Assembly: GCA_000934665.2 (NCBI GenBank)
Contig: KZ538102.1
Location: 106,872-126,871 of the forward strand
Length of the DNA stretch: 20,000 nucleotides
Direction of reading: 5' to 3'
From: Catajapyx aquilonaris
Lineage: Eukaryota
This document shows, piece by piece, positions 1 to 12,600 of the stretch. The notes below the pieces were generated by a model. That model ran no database searches. It had not been told where the DNA came from and saw nothing but the letters and a program-made list of their open reading frames with translations. Each line of letters opens with the position of its first letter. Within the stretch, counting starts at the first letter, position 1. A program made the translations under genes and the position numbers.

Positions 1-683
1 AAGAAGATGCTTACAGGAGCCAAGGCATGAGCAAGATATATGCAAAATGTTTAATAAAAGGCCAATCTTTTCATAGTGCAAACATTCATTTCATCCTTTT
101 TCATAAATCAGACCTCCATAATAAAACCTTCCCCGGTTTGATCCGGACGTATGAAACTTTTTCCTGAAGGTTCTTCCTTTCACGGCAGCTTCTGGCATAC
201 ACTAGTACCTCATCTGAAAAAGAGCCTATAGCCCAGGCTGTAGATCAGACTAGCGTTGCAGGTTTCATAGTCAGCCCGCCCCTCCCCTCGTCCATCACCA
301 TATTCTCTACCTTCATTAACCACCAACACAAGCGCTATTAATGGTAATTAGTTTCTTACATGTGGACACGCCATCAGAACCTTACGAATGAATGTTGCCT
401 GCAGCAGTTTCAAAACCCTCCTGCATCATGTAACATGCGGCTGTGGCTTTCCTCCCCAGCTGCTGTCCACATAGGAAGCGCCATTTTGGAATGATAAGGG
501 CGCATTCTGGTGGATGTGCCTGAATCGGACGCTCATGCCAAAAATTCTTGCAATGTTGTGACAACACAATCCAGGTTTGCAAGTGGGTACTCTGCATGAG
601 TGTAGGTCCCTGTCTATATGACCAAAGAGGCCTTTCACCCTAGGTGGAAAAAATGGAGGGGGTCTGAGGACGAGATGGATGTT

Positions 684-719
684 GGGTTCAGGATGGGTTC
701 AGACCGGGTTCAGGCCGGG
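684..719 (+). repeat. Short tandem repeat, 11-bp period, ~3.3 copies
   Basis: GGGTTCAGGAT GGGTTCAGACC GGGTTCAGGCC GGG. Confidence 0.85.
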
Positions 720-3700
720 CCTCTTTCCCTCTCCAGCGGACATCCATCACCCGCACCTATCGGAACCGTGTTTACTCCCAAAGCCCGAGGATTTTTCTCA
801 CCAATGGCTGGCCCTTTCCTATCCTCTCCATCACCTCCACTGACACCCACTTTTGTTCCACTCTGTAGGTAACGCAGCTCTAACTCAGCAGTGTAAACAG
901 AGGGCCCTAGATTTTTAAACCCCCCCCAACCATCACCCCCGCATGCAACAAAACCGAGCAATATGCAACCTACCCACCGTCCAATCAACGTCACATATCG
1001 AACTAAAAAGATCCACGGTCGATGAATTTTCCTCTGCCTTCCCACTTTTAAAGCCCTCATTAAGGTGGAAATATCTGCACTGAATTATAGCAATTACGCG
1101 CAATTTCAGATCGCACTGAAGTATACCACCCACCTTGCTCCACCTCCTTCCTTTTATAGGTAAACCTGTCAGCTATTAATAGATTAAATGGCGAACCATT
1201 GGTATGGTGGGAAATTGCATCGATTGTTGTTCGGTAAAATATATAACACTTGGACTCAAACCCAGTCTTGACGTAAGGTCTGGCCTATTCCTGGTCAAAC
1301 TTGTCTATCTCCACAATATCTGCATTCCAGTGCACGCGCTTGCTTGCATGGTCCTTGCAATTGATTCAGGCTCTGGCAGAGGATGCCTGCCTGCCACTTT
1401 TCACGGAAATAATGCGACCATAGAGGATTACCTACGGTTCGTCCTCTGATTGGTTCATCCATACAGAGTCCAAATTGCGTTTCCTCGTCTCGTCTTTTGA
1501 ACATTTTGCCCAATGGAAAACTGGATTCATTAGCGTTTCTACATGAGGGCTCCCTTCTTTCTCCTTCCTTTTGGTCAGAGGAAAAGATCCCTGTGCCTTG
1601 CAGTTCTGAGGTTGAGTTCTTCATCGGTCGTGCTACAAAGTTCGTTTGACTTCCAAAATGAACGTATTCTCGCTCAACGAACGGAGTCAGCATTTTTGAT
1701 GGAATCGCGCGGCCCATTGGGTTCGTGCCATCGGTTTATTTTTTCAACGTAAATAATTAGACGGCGGGGGTATTTTGTGCATTCAAACTTGCGCTGTTTC
1801 CAGATCCTGCTGATTGTCAAGAAAATCCGATTTGATGTTCGAAACCAACCGCCAGCGTAAAGTTGGTGATAGCTTAGGGCGACTTGTTATTTCTGTGTAC
1901 GCTTCATTAAAAAAAAAAAATGATTGATCTGTTATGAACTGCACATCAACGTTGTCAATGTTTCTGGCAGATTTAAATATTTAAATCTTGTGCTAGGTCG
2001 TGTTTTACAGGCGGGGGTGGAAAAGTTGTTTCCCGCAGGAGAGTACCGAAAAAGTCCTCCATACATTTTACAGTGTATCATAAATTATTATTGGTCAGTT
2101 CAACCCCTACAGCACAAAATAAACCTTGGAGTAAATAATCCAAACAATTTCATCGCATCGATTTTATCGAACATAACAGCTATTTCTAATGTCAGGGCCA
2201 CGCACCGAGGAAATGGCAGTGTTTCACGTAATTTACTATAGACAATCGTGCTGATAACTATTTTAATGATGATTTGTACCAGCTTCCAAGGACACATGGC
2301 ATGACTTTACGTCTAATCTCCAGCTATATAAGGAGTCAAAATGCCCCCTTGTATAAAAGAGCAGATAGTGGATGGAGCCTGGAGTAGTTTATTACCCACT
2401 CTGCCTAGTATATTTGGGTACTGGAAGCCAAATGAAAGGCGACAATTCTGACTTGGGCTCCATGCTGGCAACCTTGGCAACGTGTTATAGTAAAGGTTGA
2501 GTCCGCATACTACACACCACCTGGACCTTTCGCTCCCCTATTTTAAGTTTTTTGGAAATGCGCCTAAGCCACGTTGCCACTTGCGCCAGATCGGCTATTC
2601 TCAACTTTCAGGGATCTCCCTATTGAAGCACCAGCCGTTATATCCCTTCCCAACATTGCGGCCAAAACTCATCGAATTATCTCCACAGGCCTGTCTTCTA
2701 CTTGGATGCGGATGGGGGTGGGGGGTAAGGTGATATCAGCTGACACGAGCCAAGGAAAAGTGGGTATTGGCCTGTCCGATCCCTGGAAACGTATTCCAGC
2801 TCCCATAGCTCCAATGGCAAAAACCCGGACGGTTCTCTCAGAAAATGCAATAACTTCAGACCTATGCATAAGACCGCCATTTTGGATTGATGACGTTGTG
2901 CGCAGTGGGGCGACCCATGTTGGCGCAGATAGACATCAATCTAAAATGGCTGGCTTCATGCAATAACATTGCATGGTGCAAAAGAGGGTTTTATTCGGAT
3001 GCCTGGTAGTTTGGTTGACGGAGCACTTAGAAGCAGGTAATTCGACCAGAGAGACGGGGTAGGAAAAAAAAACTGTGCTTCCAGGATCAAGCCGCGTTCC
3101 TAATTTACGGCCGAGCACCTCAGTTTACCGCTGGCTCACAAAGGGACATCATCAGGGCCGTAAGGGTCAGTCAGGTCGGCCATTCCATCTCCTGGACCTC
3201 CAAAAACCTGATGAAATAAGGCTTCCCATTTACGGCTGGGAACCTAAAGATTAAATTCATCCAGGAATGAAACGACACATTAGTGAGTTGCTGATTTGGG
3301 CAAAGGACCGTCGATTCAAACTCTCCAGGAATTTCATTTGGAAGCAATATTTACATCCCCCCGAGTGAAAAACCTACATGTTTGCACTAACAAATCGTAT
3401 AACTCCCTCTTACCAAATTAATCTTATTTCCTACCATACATTACAAATATCCCCGTCCATCAAAAAAAAAAATATACACCCAGGTACAGCTTTCCCGGTG
3501 GGTACCTCCTTTCATCATCCATCAGTGGCATTCTTTTCCAGCGGAAGTTGGAAGTTTGCTCCCAAGAATTTATTCCCGCTGTTTCCTCCGCAAGAAACCG
3601 CGATTAGGGGCGGGCGCAATCAGGATTTCATTCAGCAGTTTCGCAGGACGACCTTGCAAACTCGGTACAATTAATTCGGAATCAAGTGTAAGGCCCCCTC

Positions 3701-4105
3701 CTCCTCCTCCCCCGAAACTTCTGCCTCCCTGAATTCACGCAGAGAAGAGCAGGAGAGAAATAGATACCGCGGATACACAATGTCCCTGATTCTAGTTCCA
3801 GCCAGTCACTCACTATACACGACCTTTGTTCGCGATTGTGCCCCAGCCACTCGATGATAAACATTATTTATAACTTGTTTTTTTTTTCATTCTTTCTTAG
3901 GTTTTGTTTTCTAGAGATGAACTGCCAACGATGCTGATGGGACCTCCCAACACAAGCATCTGCTGATTGCCTGCTGGCGTTCTTGCAAGAACACAGACTT
4001 AGGTCGATGGCAAAGTTTGAGAGAGCAAGCAGGCTCCAACTTAGAAATTCAACAGCAACTGCGGTGTAACCCTGTACAATTTTTTTTCCATAGGATGTGT
4101 GTCAG

Positions 4106-4143
4106 NNNNNNNNNNNNNNCCCCCCCCCCCCCCAAAAAAAAAA
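4106..4143. repeat. Assembly gap plus C14-A10 homopolymer
   Basis: N 4106-4119, C 4120-4133, A 4134-4143. Confidence 0.95.
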
Positions 4144-5785
4144 GCCTCCACCTATTTACTTTCCGGAGGTCGCATCCTGATGGACAGAATCCAACAAACT
4201 ATGGTGGGGTTGGTGCATGTTCAATATACAACGACTTCCCATTTATTGAAGCCATCAAGCAGTCATGGATGCACGGGGGCCCCTGTTAAAATCCGAAATG
4301 CCAGGCCGTATATAAGCTATCCTCCGGTTTTTTGATGCTATTATGATGCGTCTGTATCGCTACCAGCCTTCGATGCACACATAAACCGGTGTTGTAATAG
4401 CCCTCCTTGGTCTCAACTTCGCTACAAAGTGCACTACTCCTGACATGGAGATACGGTTTTTAAATCACCCCCACCTAATTTCATACGAACAGTTTTAATA
4501 CACAATTCTACAGATGTATATTGAGCCTTTTTTTAAAGCCTCCCATAGTGCAGGAGATGAATCTTCCAAGACAAGACAGAATGTTGCTGGTGAAACAAAG
4601 TGATGGATGAGACCCACTCTCCTCAAATCTCTCTTCCTCGTTTTTTTCCCCTCCACATATACATTTTTCCTCCGTCTTTTTGCCAAATGGGTTGCTGATT
4701 CCCTACAAAAAAAACGACAGATCTCCTAATTGCACCGGCTATCATGTGGCATACAGTACACTGCACAGTATACTGCAGAGATGATTCGCTTGATTGCCAG
4801 GATGAGTACAATGACTTTGGGGCCAAGGGAAGCAACGGCAACCATGCTAATATTAGCCGAAGTCTAGTTTTCAAAGTGCATAGATTTCCCAGTCGGGAGG
4901 GGGGTGCCTACATCACCGTACACTCATACACACACTGTAAAGCAAGGCTAAATGCTACGGGCGTAGACAAACCTGCCAAGAAAAACATGGGGGTCGTCGA
5001 AACGGGCTCTGCCAAACCACATTTTCGTCTGCTGGCTAATCGCAAGGGAGCTACACGCGTGCCTTTTCCGCCATTTTTCAAAGCCTAAAAGCAAGGTGAG
5101 AGTGTATCACTGTTACATTTTCAACACAAAGTTTCGGGACTCCGACTAGAGCTAAATAGGTGTAAATCCTGGCAGAGATTTCACGTTAATAATACACGAT
5201 TACAAAAATGTACCATCAGTGTTATCTCAATCGCGATATCCACTCTCTACATATCCTGGAAAATGCAGTGATATCAATCACGTCTAAGAAAAATCAGTTA
5301 TCATTGCTCGAATTACAGTCTCTCTGACGTCATTCCGCTAAATCATTGAAGCTTCAAGGCCGGCCTTTTAATGCCTGAAGCCTCCATGCTGAATGATTTT
5401 GCCCGCATCCATCCTCCCCTGGAAGTCAAGTTAACTCTCACAAGAGTGACACAGATCCTATAGCACCCAATGTCACCAAAAAGGTCATTGGACTTGGGTG
5501 CACTGCATAGGCCAGATTCCTCAACAAACGACCCTGAAGCTTCCTCCAGTCGTCCTTATTATCCAACAGGCTGCTTCCAATTTATCTCTGGCCTCACGCT
5601 TCAGGTTGGATGGAAATGGACGCGGACATATCTGGCTTTCTGTCTGCAGAAATGTCAACATGTCATCTGTCGAAGCGAACACGAAAATGCCCTGTTTCCC
5701 TTTTGTCGTGTTGTGTAATGAGTCTGTACCGCGGCCCGCTCCAAAATGACTTTTTTTTGTGAAAGTCTTCATGCAATTGCATATG

Positions 5786-5806
5786 TACAGGATGTCTCAC
5801 AAAATT
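5786..5806 (+). mobile_element. Possible solo Tc1/mariner-like terminus
   Basis: TA|CAGGATGTCTCACAAAATT resembles the TA|CAGGGTGTC terminus of the MITE at 8312. No partner TIR was seen. Confidence 0.3.
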
Positions 5807-6664
5807 GTCGTCATCAAATGTCGCATCGTGAAAGTCACCTTGGCTCCCATTGTCTTGAACCGCAAAGCCTTGCAGTTGCACTTTATTGCCCATCAGCCCT
5901 TGACCTCTAGCAAGTCTTGCACAAGGAACGGTGACCACAGTGACCTCGATAACAATCCCCTATCATCCCTGGAGTAAATAGAGGTCACCGACATCCAAGG
6001 TTTTCAGATGCAATTTGGCGATCCCTGAAGCGCAGCAGCCGGACAATGTGTCTCACGTGCAAAGGGAAACGCCTCTCGCTAAACACTGTATTTTACGTGG
6101 AAAATTGCCGTCAATGTCGCTCAATTCACGTGATCTGAGCGACACTAGCCTCATATCGAGCCCGGCCCTACCACCGGGTGATTCGCTCATGTTTTTAAAA
6201 AGCTAAGTTCGTATATTAATATCCGAACCCCCTACGGGCGGCCCAGAAGCATTTCTGAAGGCTTGTTTCCCCAAATGTGCTGTAAGGGCGCCACCATAGC
6301 CCAGTGTTGCCAGGTGCATATCAGAAGACCAAGATGCGCTAATGGAATATTGGCAAGCATACCTTTTTTTAAGGGGGAAAAAAACTCTATACCGTGCAGA
6401 CTGGGATGATTTTCCAAACAGGGTTGTGAGGTGGGGGGGTTCGTGACAGGATTTCATGCGGGGGTCGTGGAGCCCACCGGGAATTTTGCCAACCACCTCC
6501 AGCGATCACTGGCATGGCCGCTGCCTAGCTTCCTAAATTACTTCCATCCTCTATATTTCCACGTGCATCGTCTATTAATCTCCTCATTACTATATATCGG
6601 ACCCCCAATTTTATGTGCGGCATTATGATCACTGATGATCAAGTTCCTCCGCTTGACTGTCATT

Positions 6665-6690
6665 GGGGGGGGGGGGGGGGGGGGGTGGGN
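6665..6690 (+). repeat. G21 homopolymer with adjacent ambiguous base
   Basis: G 6665-6685, then TGGG, then N at 6690. Confidence 0.95.
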
Positions 6691-7284
6691 GCTGGTCTGT
6701 CCCAGTTCTGATGTTATCTGCTGCACGTGCGACACGAATGTGTGTGTAATACATTCGACATGTCTTGGTCATCGCTTAACCGGTACGGAGATGGGTCGGC
6801 GGACTGCGTAACTCTGTGTCTAAACCCGGAGTATTATGCATTTATACAAATGTGCCGGTAATTCTTTCCGTAACCTTACGACACCCACTAGTTGGAGTAG
6901 GTGAGAGTTGTGAGCCGTATAGGAACAAAATTTTGTGTATAGTTGCAGATAGCCAGAATAAACAAATTGCCCACGGCACGAATGGTAAGAGAATATGCCT
7001 ATTGAAATTATCACATTTTTCCTAATGAGTACCATTGCCACCGTATCATGCTTGTAATGTCAACAATGGTGATGTCATTTGGGATTCAAAAATCACAATG
7101 TAGTTCCACAGACTCAAAAAAATTAATCTTAATTCCGAATGACTTACTCAGACTTCCTTTGAGAGCCTCTGTGAATGGCAACACACTGTACAGCATGGGT
7201 CCAAAATCTCCGATCATTTCTGCGAAGGTGATGAGTCACCTCTGGTGACAATGGTTCATGTGAACAACGACTATTGCTCCACGT

Positions 7285-7311
7285 CCACCCCCCACCCCCA
7301 CCCCCACCCCC
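7285..7311 (-). repeat. (CCCCCA)n tract, G-quadruplex-capable on the minus strand
   Basis: The minus strand reads four G5-G6 runs separated by single T residues. Confidence 0.85.
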
Positions 7312-8105
7312 TTGAATGACAGATGATCGATGAAAGCCAAAATCGACCTCAATCGGGGTCACAACCGACGCGACGTCTCCTTGGCTTTTCCTGCCTGTGT
7401 CCATTCTTATTCTTCTTCCGCCCAACATGTCATGTACCCGCCGAAGACGCGTGTCACACCACTTCCAATGGACATTCCTTTGCATAGGAAAAAGTGTGTA
7501 TGTGCAATGTTTTCGTACGCTGTTATTCATCAGAAATCAGCAAACATCAGGTGGTTCAGCCAATCTGGTCTCACCTCTTGGGCTTCATCAGCGCAAAATG
7601 TAACTGGCCCAACTTCAAAGGACTATCGTGTGGCGAGCCCTACCGGCACCTGCCTTGCGACTATAGTCCGCTTCTTTCTACCCCCTTCAACAACCCCGAG
7701 TGCAGGCAATCGGAATTGTATTTTCCGTCGGAAACCGGACACTTTATTTGGCTACACGGTTCATTAACGTCCTCGTCCCGGCTTTAATTGCAAACGCGGA
7801 GGCGACGAAATATTTCACACCACATGACACCTCCTGGCTGAGGTAACTCGATGGGCACTACCCCCGTACCTGCGAGATAGAGCAGGTCGAAATCACCTGA
7901 AGCACACACGCACTCTCACACAAAATTGAATTCCTAATGCGGAAGTCTAATAAATGTGTTAGTTTGGGCCGACGGAACACGTGTCGAGCGATAAACACTT
8001 GTTCCATGCCGGGCAATTGCATATATGGAGTTGCTCCGATGACAATGTAGCCAATGCTAATAAGAAAACACTGAAACCCCCCAAAAATATATGAAAGTGA
8101 AATTG

Positions 8106-8131
8106 NNNNNNNNNCCCCCCCCCCCCCCCCC
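8106..8131. repeat. Assembly gap plus C17 homopolymer
   Basis: N 8106-8114, C 8115-8131. Confidence 0.95.
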
Positions 8132-8311
8132 TGGAATTCAGTTCACTAGACCCATTACTGCAGAAGTAGTCAGGACATTACCATGGTAACGAACCATTAT
8201 AACAAATTGATTGATGGATTGGCTTTTTACGGCGTAACAAGCAGCTGGTGACTGTATGCTTCAGAAACTATTTCGCATTGTCAACAAAAATAATTAAATA
8301 TAACAAATATA

Positions 8312-8627
8312 CAGGGTGTCCCATCTGTTTTGTCCGAATGTTATCGGAAAATTGCGCGTAGCTGCTACTTTTTAATCGGTGACTTTTTCGGAGGAACGGG
8401 GAATATTCCCTGCGAATCGTAGGTTGAAGTGGCATACGTGCTGCCTGCTGAAAATTGAGCGTCAAGACTGGAAAAAAGAGGGCCACACATGCCATGGTTT
8501 GTGTGGCCCTCTTTTTCTCCATTCCCCATTTCTCCGACAAATCACCGTTTGCAAGTCACTGCTTAAAAAGTAGCAGCTACGCGCAATTTTCCGATAACTG
8601 TTCGGACAAAAAAGATGGGACACCCTG
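8312..8627. mobile_element. Non-autonomous Tc1/mariner-type MITE (~316 bp)
   Basis: The left TIR 8312-8404 (CAGGGTGTCCCATCTGTTTTGTCCGAATGTTATCGGAAAATTGCGCGTAGCTGCTACTTTTTAA...) is the near-exact reverse complement of the right TIR 8521-8627, which carries ~14 extra bp. TA lies immediately left (8310-8311) and TG on the right (probable mutated TA TSD). TA|CAGGGTGTC is a typical Tc1/mariner terminus. There is no transposase ORF. Confidence 0.9.
8473..8516. repeat. Perfect 17-bp-stem hairpin inside the MITE
   Basis: AAAAAGAGGGCCACACA (8473-8489), 10-nt loop TGCCATGGTT, TGTGTGGCCCTCTTTTT (8500-8516). Confidence 0.95.
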
Positions 8628-8848
8628 TGTGGTTGTAACCAATTGCAGTAAGTTATCATGGTAACAGTCACACTTTCACTACAATCTGGAAGCATGCAGG
8701 ACATACCATGTGTTTCGCAAATGTCGCTTATTTCGTCGCGTTTTGAAAAGAAATTTCATCGGTTGACTCGCAAACGCAGCATTTAAAATAGCATGATACT
8801 GTATCATGTAATCACAAAGGGTCACCTCCCAGGATCGTTTCCCTCCTG

Positions 8849-9412
8849 AGTCCCCTTTGAGATCCACCATTTTTAGTGGAAGTTTGCCTAATAATGTTAA
8901 GATAAAAAAAGGTTGTCCTATCTACTCCGTTATTGCGGACATCCGCATTAGAAATTCGCAATTTTGAAATTATTCAGATTTAAAACCGCCACAGAGGACG
9001 CAATTAACCTAAGATAAATTTATTTGTTTTCTAGCATAATGCCCGTTTCTTTCAAGTTGCACATTAATCACTAAAGGTCATATTTAATAGAATAAATGAA
9101 TCTGCAACACCGCCGGTTACATAGCATAAGGTCCATTCATATGAGTTAATACAATGAGTAACCATGATTTTGGACATTATCTGCAGTTTCAGTATGCAAT
9201 TGGAAACTAGAAAAATCCGCAATTGCCATTAAACTTTTCTAAGGTTTCTGGAGTTTCCTGTGGCGACTTGAAATAGGGCTAAAATAGTAAAACTGCGAAT
9301 TTCAAACGCAGTTTCCTCAATACCACAATAAGCAAGAACAAAACTTCACCTTTTCATTTTAGATAGTTACAGGAACAACTTCCATTCAACATTTGGCGGT
9401 CCCAAGAAAACT
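8849..9412. repeat. Long degenerate inverted repeat, probably an old non-autonomous DNA transposon
   Basis: Collinear blocks match between the left arm and the reverse complement of the right arm: TGGAAGTT/TGGAAGTT; TTATTGCGG/TTATTGTGG; GAAATTCGCAATTTT/GAAATTCGCAGTTTT; CGCCACAG/CGCCACAG; AACCTAAGATAAATTTATT/AACCTTAGAAAAGTTTAAT; TTTTCTAG/TTTTCTAG. The centre is near 9130. Exact ends and a TSD were not identified. Confidence 0.7.
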
Positions 9413-9669
9413 TAACTTTATAACCATCCCCAAATTCATATAGGCTGTGTTTAGCACCTAATGTTCAAGCGAATCCACGAATGAGAGCCGGTTATTTGCG
9501 TTTAAGTAATATCAAACTATTAAACCCAGCGTTTTAAGTTAGACAACCTTTCTGAATTCCGCTGGTGCCTGCCCGTGAAGGCATTGTCACGACCATTGTC
9601 ACTAGCAATCAACACAAAAGTGCAATTCTTGGGCGTAACCGTGCCAGTGCCTTACGGACCCTAAAAACC

Positions 9670-9696
9670 GGCCAATCGCAGCCTGGCCGCCATTTT
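9670..9696 (+). promoter_or_regulatory. CCAAT box plus YY1-like motif in a CpG-rich context (putative cis-element cluster)
   Basis: GGCCAATCG at 9670-9678 and GCCGCCATTTT at 9686-9696. These are motif matches only, with no associated gene identified. Confidence 0.2.
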
Positions 9697-12600
9697 CCAC
9701 GATAGTTACCGCACCAGAAATGGAAACCGAACTTGCGTGGCCGTGAAAAATTTCATAATGCATTTACGACTCGACGACGCTTCCAAGTTCCCCCTCGCTT
9801 TTATGGTTCCATATTACACTCCAGACACTTGGCAACCCCGTATTTAGCAAAGAAACGCGCAATAAAAAAAAATACGGACGGTATACATATAGGGAGAAAA
9901 ACTGCTACACACAGAAATCCTCCATGGAAAATGACGCAATTGTCCCCTACGTTTGCCATTCTCCGCAATGCAATAATATACGAGGCGTGGCCCCATCCCA
10001 AAATTTCTAAGCACTGAAAAGATGGCTCTAGTAGAAGAAAAGGACAATCATAATAGGGAGATCCTCCATGTTGTTTTGAGCCCCCTTTTGCTTGTCTCTG
10101 GGCTGCACTTTTACGGTCGCTCTGTTCTGCACCCTTGATGGATTACTTGACAACATGGCCATTACGGGAATACCCTCGGCACAATATGTTCTGATTGCAA
10201 CCTTTTACGGCGTTTCATAAGCTTCCATCACGTCGATGCAACGCTGCATCTGTACAACTCGCATTTCATTTCACTAGTGTTGCCCGGTACAAATGCGCGT
10301 AATTGCACACAAGGTTCATCAGGCCCCGAGAATAATAAATAATAGTGAGTGAAAAAAAACGACAGGTATGCGCCAATTTGCAAAGAATATGCTTTCCCGT
10401 TGTGGGGTTTCAATAAGGACCGTCCACTGCCAAGTAACAATGGTGGCAAATCGTGTATTCAATAATTACGGTGGCAATTTTGAACATGTAGCAGGACACA
10501 ATAGACCTGTGCGGGGCCGGCAAAGGAGTTGTTTTGCGCTATGAGCATCAAAATAACGTCAGTTGGACGTTGGAACTTTCATGTTTTCCTCACAAAGTCA
10601 AAGTTGAAATGCTATATGACCATGCGGTTGGGCAGTTTTGTGCATTCTCTTTATTTTGCTATTCCATCTTGCTCATCAGCCTGGATCGCTCTGGTACATG
10701 CACTATTTTCCATAATTATGACCATGCCACACATTTTTACGAATTTTAATAATAGCTGCAATGATGACGATGAAAAATACAGGTACTATGCTTAACCCTG
10801 ATCGGTTTTAATTTTTTGCACTGGAACCGTGACTGGAACAATGTGTTCACACTATCACTTGGACAACACTGTTATCATGGCATGGTTGATAAAAGGCATA
10901 GGCCTAGCCTATACACTACTGTATGCAACTAGAGTGACCATGAAACCAAAATAAATTTCGCCTTTTGTTTAACTCTATTTATAACTACATGGCGAATATC
11001 CATCATATCTGTTTAGACTGACTGCATTAGATGCTGCAAAATACAGCCTGTGATGACTGATATTATGGTGGATGACGATCACGTCATTAATCACTGCATG
11101 ACCACTCATACAAGAGCTGTGAGAGCGGCTAAACTTACCGGTCTCGGGCCTGCATCATACCATGTCTATTTCAGGGCAGCAGACAGGATATTGCTCAATA
11201 TAATGAACATAGAGCACAGTTCTTACGACCTCAAAACATAACGCGTTATTTTTAAGTATTTTCAATTCAAATATCTTATTATCCTTAGTTTTCAGTTTGT
11301 TATTACTCGTGTGTCGCCTTATTATGACACGCTAATTTGCATTTTAAATAAATATGACTACAGGCTGCAGTTAGACCTGCTAACTTGCTCTGGTGTCCCA
11401 GTTAGTATACAGTATATCCTGGATGGCAAAGCTGCATAATAGGCCTAATGCAACATGGGAAAAACCCACATTGACATTTGCTCGAACACACACAAAACGG
11501 AACATGAAAAAACAATGCAAAACAACAAATCAGCCGTTTCGCAAACTCAAACATCTCGGACGCCACCAGCACAAAACAGCATCCTAACTACCTAACCCGC
11601 AAATACTATTCTTCATAATCATATATTAGCTCTATGGTGTTCCCGTCCGTTCTTCGCCCAAATTTCTTTGGTACATCTGACAGGGTCCATGACGGAACAC
11701 TCTTTTAGTGAAGCACCTTCAGAAGTTGGCGGAAGTGATCGTATCCGGACCCCCATATTGAAGCCAACCCAGTCAGTCGTGTATGTTCTTTGTGCAGACC
11801 AGGGGCCGTCCATGGCTGGGGAACATGTCCTCGAGCAGAGCCAGAGTACAGCAAATGCCAACTTCCTCCTTGATTACTCCGCATGGTTTCTCTCCCCGGG
11901 TTGGAAAATCCCCTCCACGGCGTTTGGACCGTACCCCCTCCGTACCCCCAGGTGCCTAACTCGATTGCTGAAAACGCCGAGTGCTTCAACAAGCTGTCTC
12001 CCCCAAACCCCTCCTCCTCCACCTTGATTTCATTCCCCTGGACAAGGTCCCAGTTTCCGGATTCGACCAGGAGGAAACTGGGGGAAGATCATTCATTACC
12101 CGGTGGGGGTGGTAAAGGGTGGCTCAAAACGTGCCTCACTATTTTTGTCCTGCAGGCTTGGAAGGGTTGTCTTCAAGAAGAGTGGTCTAGGTGGATGCCT
12201 GTCACTCAGGAAACCGATGGGCAATCAACTGGTGTACAGGTGTAAGGTAGCAGACCTGAAGCTGAATTGAGCCTCAAAATGACTGGACACCAGTTGCCAG
12301 TGGTTGCCACTTGATTGCTCATCGGTTGCATTAATGACAGGCTGAGGACAACTGTACACTTCCTATGAAGTGGCTCACATTCAGTATATTCTAAGGTTGA
12401 ATTGTTACAACTACTGACCATTATTACCCGATACGGACAAACGTAATGAGATTCAAATTATGACACGCGACACCTACAAAGAAATGATCTGTTTATATTT
12501 GCTGGTGAATGTAGAAACTTGTATTACAATTTGAATGGGAGGTGGGAAGGATTAGGAACATCCAAAACCTAATTACGCGTATCAGTAGACATAAGCAGCT

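Noticed and set aside
3876..4070. Strong polypyrimidine/AG acceptor followed by a possible exon
   Set aside because: All frames hit stops shortly after the acceptor and there is no clear donor.
4180..4250. DR...GGVG.SIYNDFPF resembling the LINE endonuclease GGGV region
   Set aside because: It needs a frameshift, and no other APE motifs lie at the expected spacing.
5521..5700. Minus-strand peptides IFVFASTDDMLTFL (MULE-like) and KARYVRVH (F5/8C-like)
   Set aside because: Isolated short resemblances. The expected following motifs are absent or cut by stops.
6008..6138. CLTC...CRQC zinc-ribbon-like peptide after a TTTTCAG acceptor
   Set aside because: A short frame with no supporting homology. 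Paired CxxC can arise by chance.
6302..7188. CAGTGTTGCCA ... TGGCAACACACTG as possible hAT/P-like TIRs
   Set aside because: The match is short and imperfect, with no target-site duplication.
7563..7590. Minus-strand CTGATGAAGCCCAAGAGGTGAGAC resembling a minimal hammerhead ribozyme
   Set aside because: The GAAA core reads GAGA, and no stem III or NUH cleavage triplet follows.
7330..7767. 145-aa ATG ORF
   Set aside because: No recognisable motif, and overlapping ORFs of similar quality occur in other frames.
8268..8704. Mirror-image ORFs sharing LKSSSYAQFSDN
   Set aside because: An artefact of the MITE TIRs, not a gene duplication.
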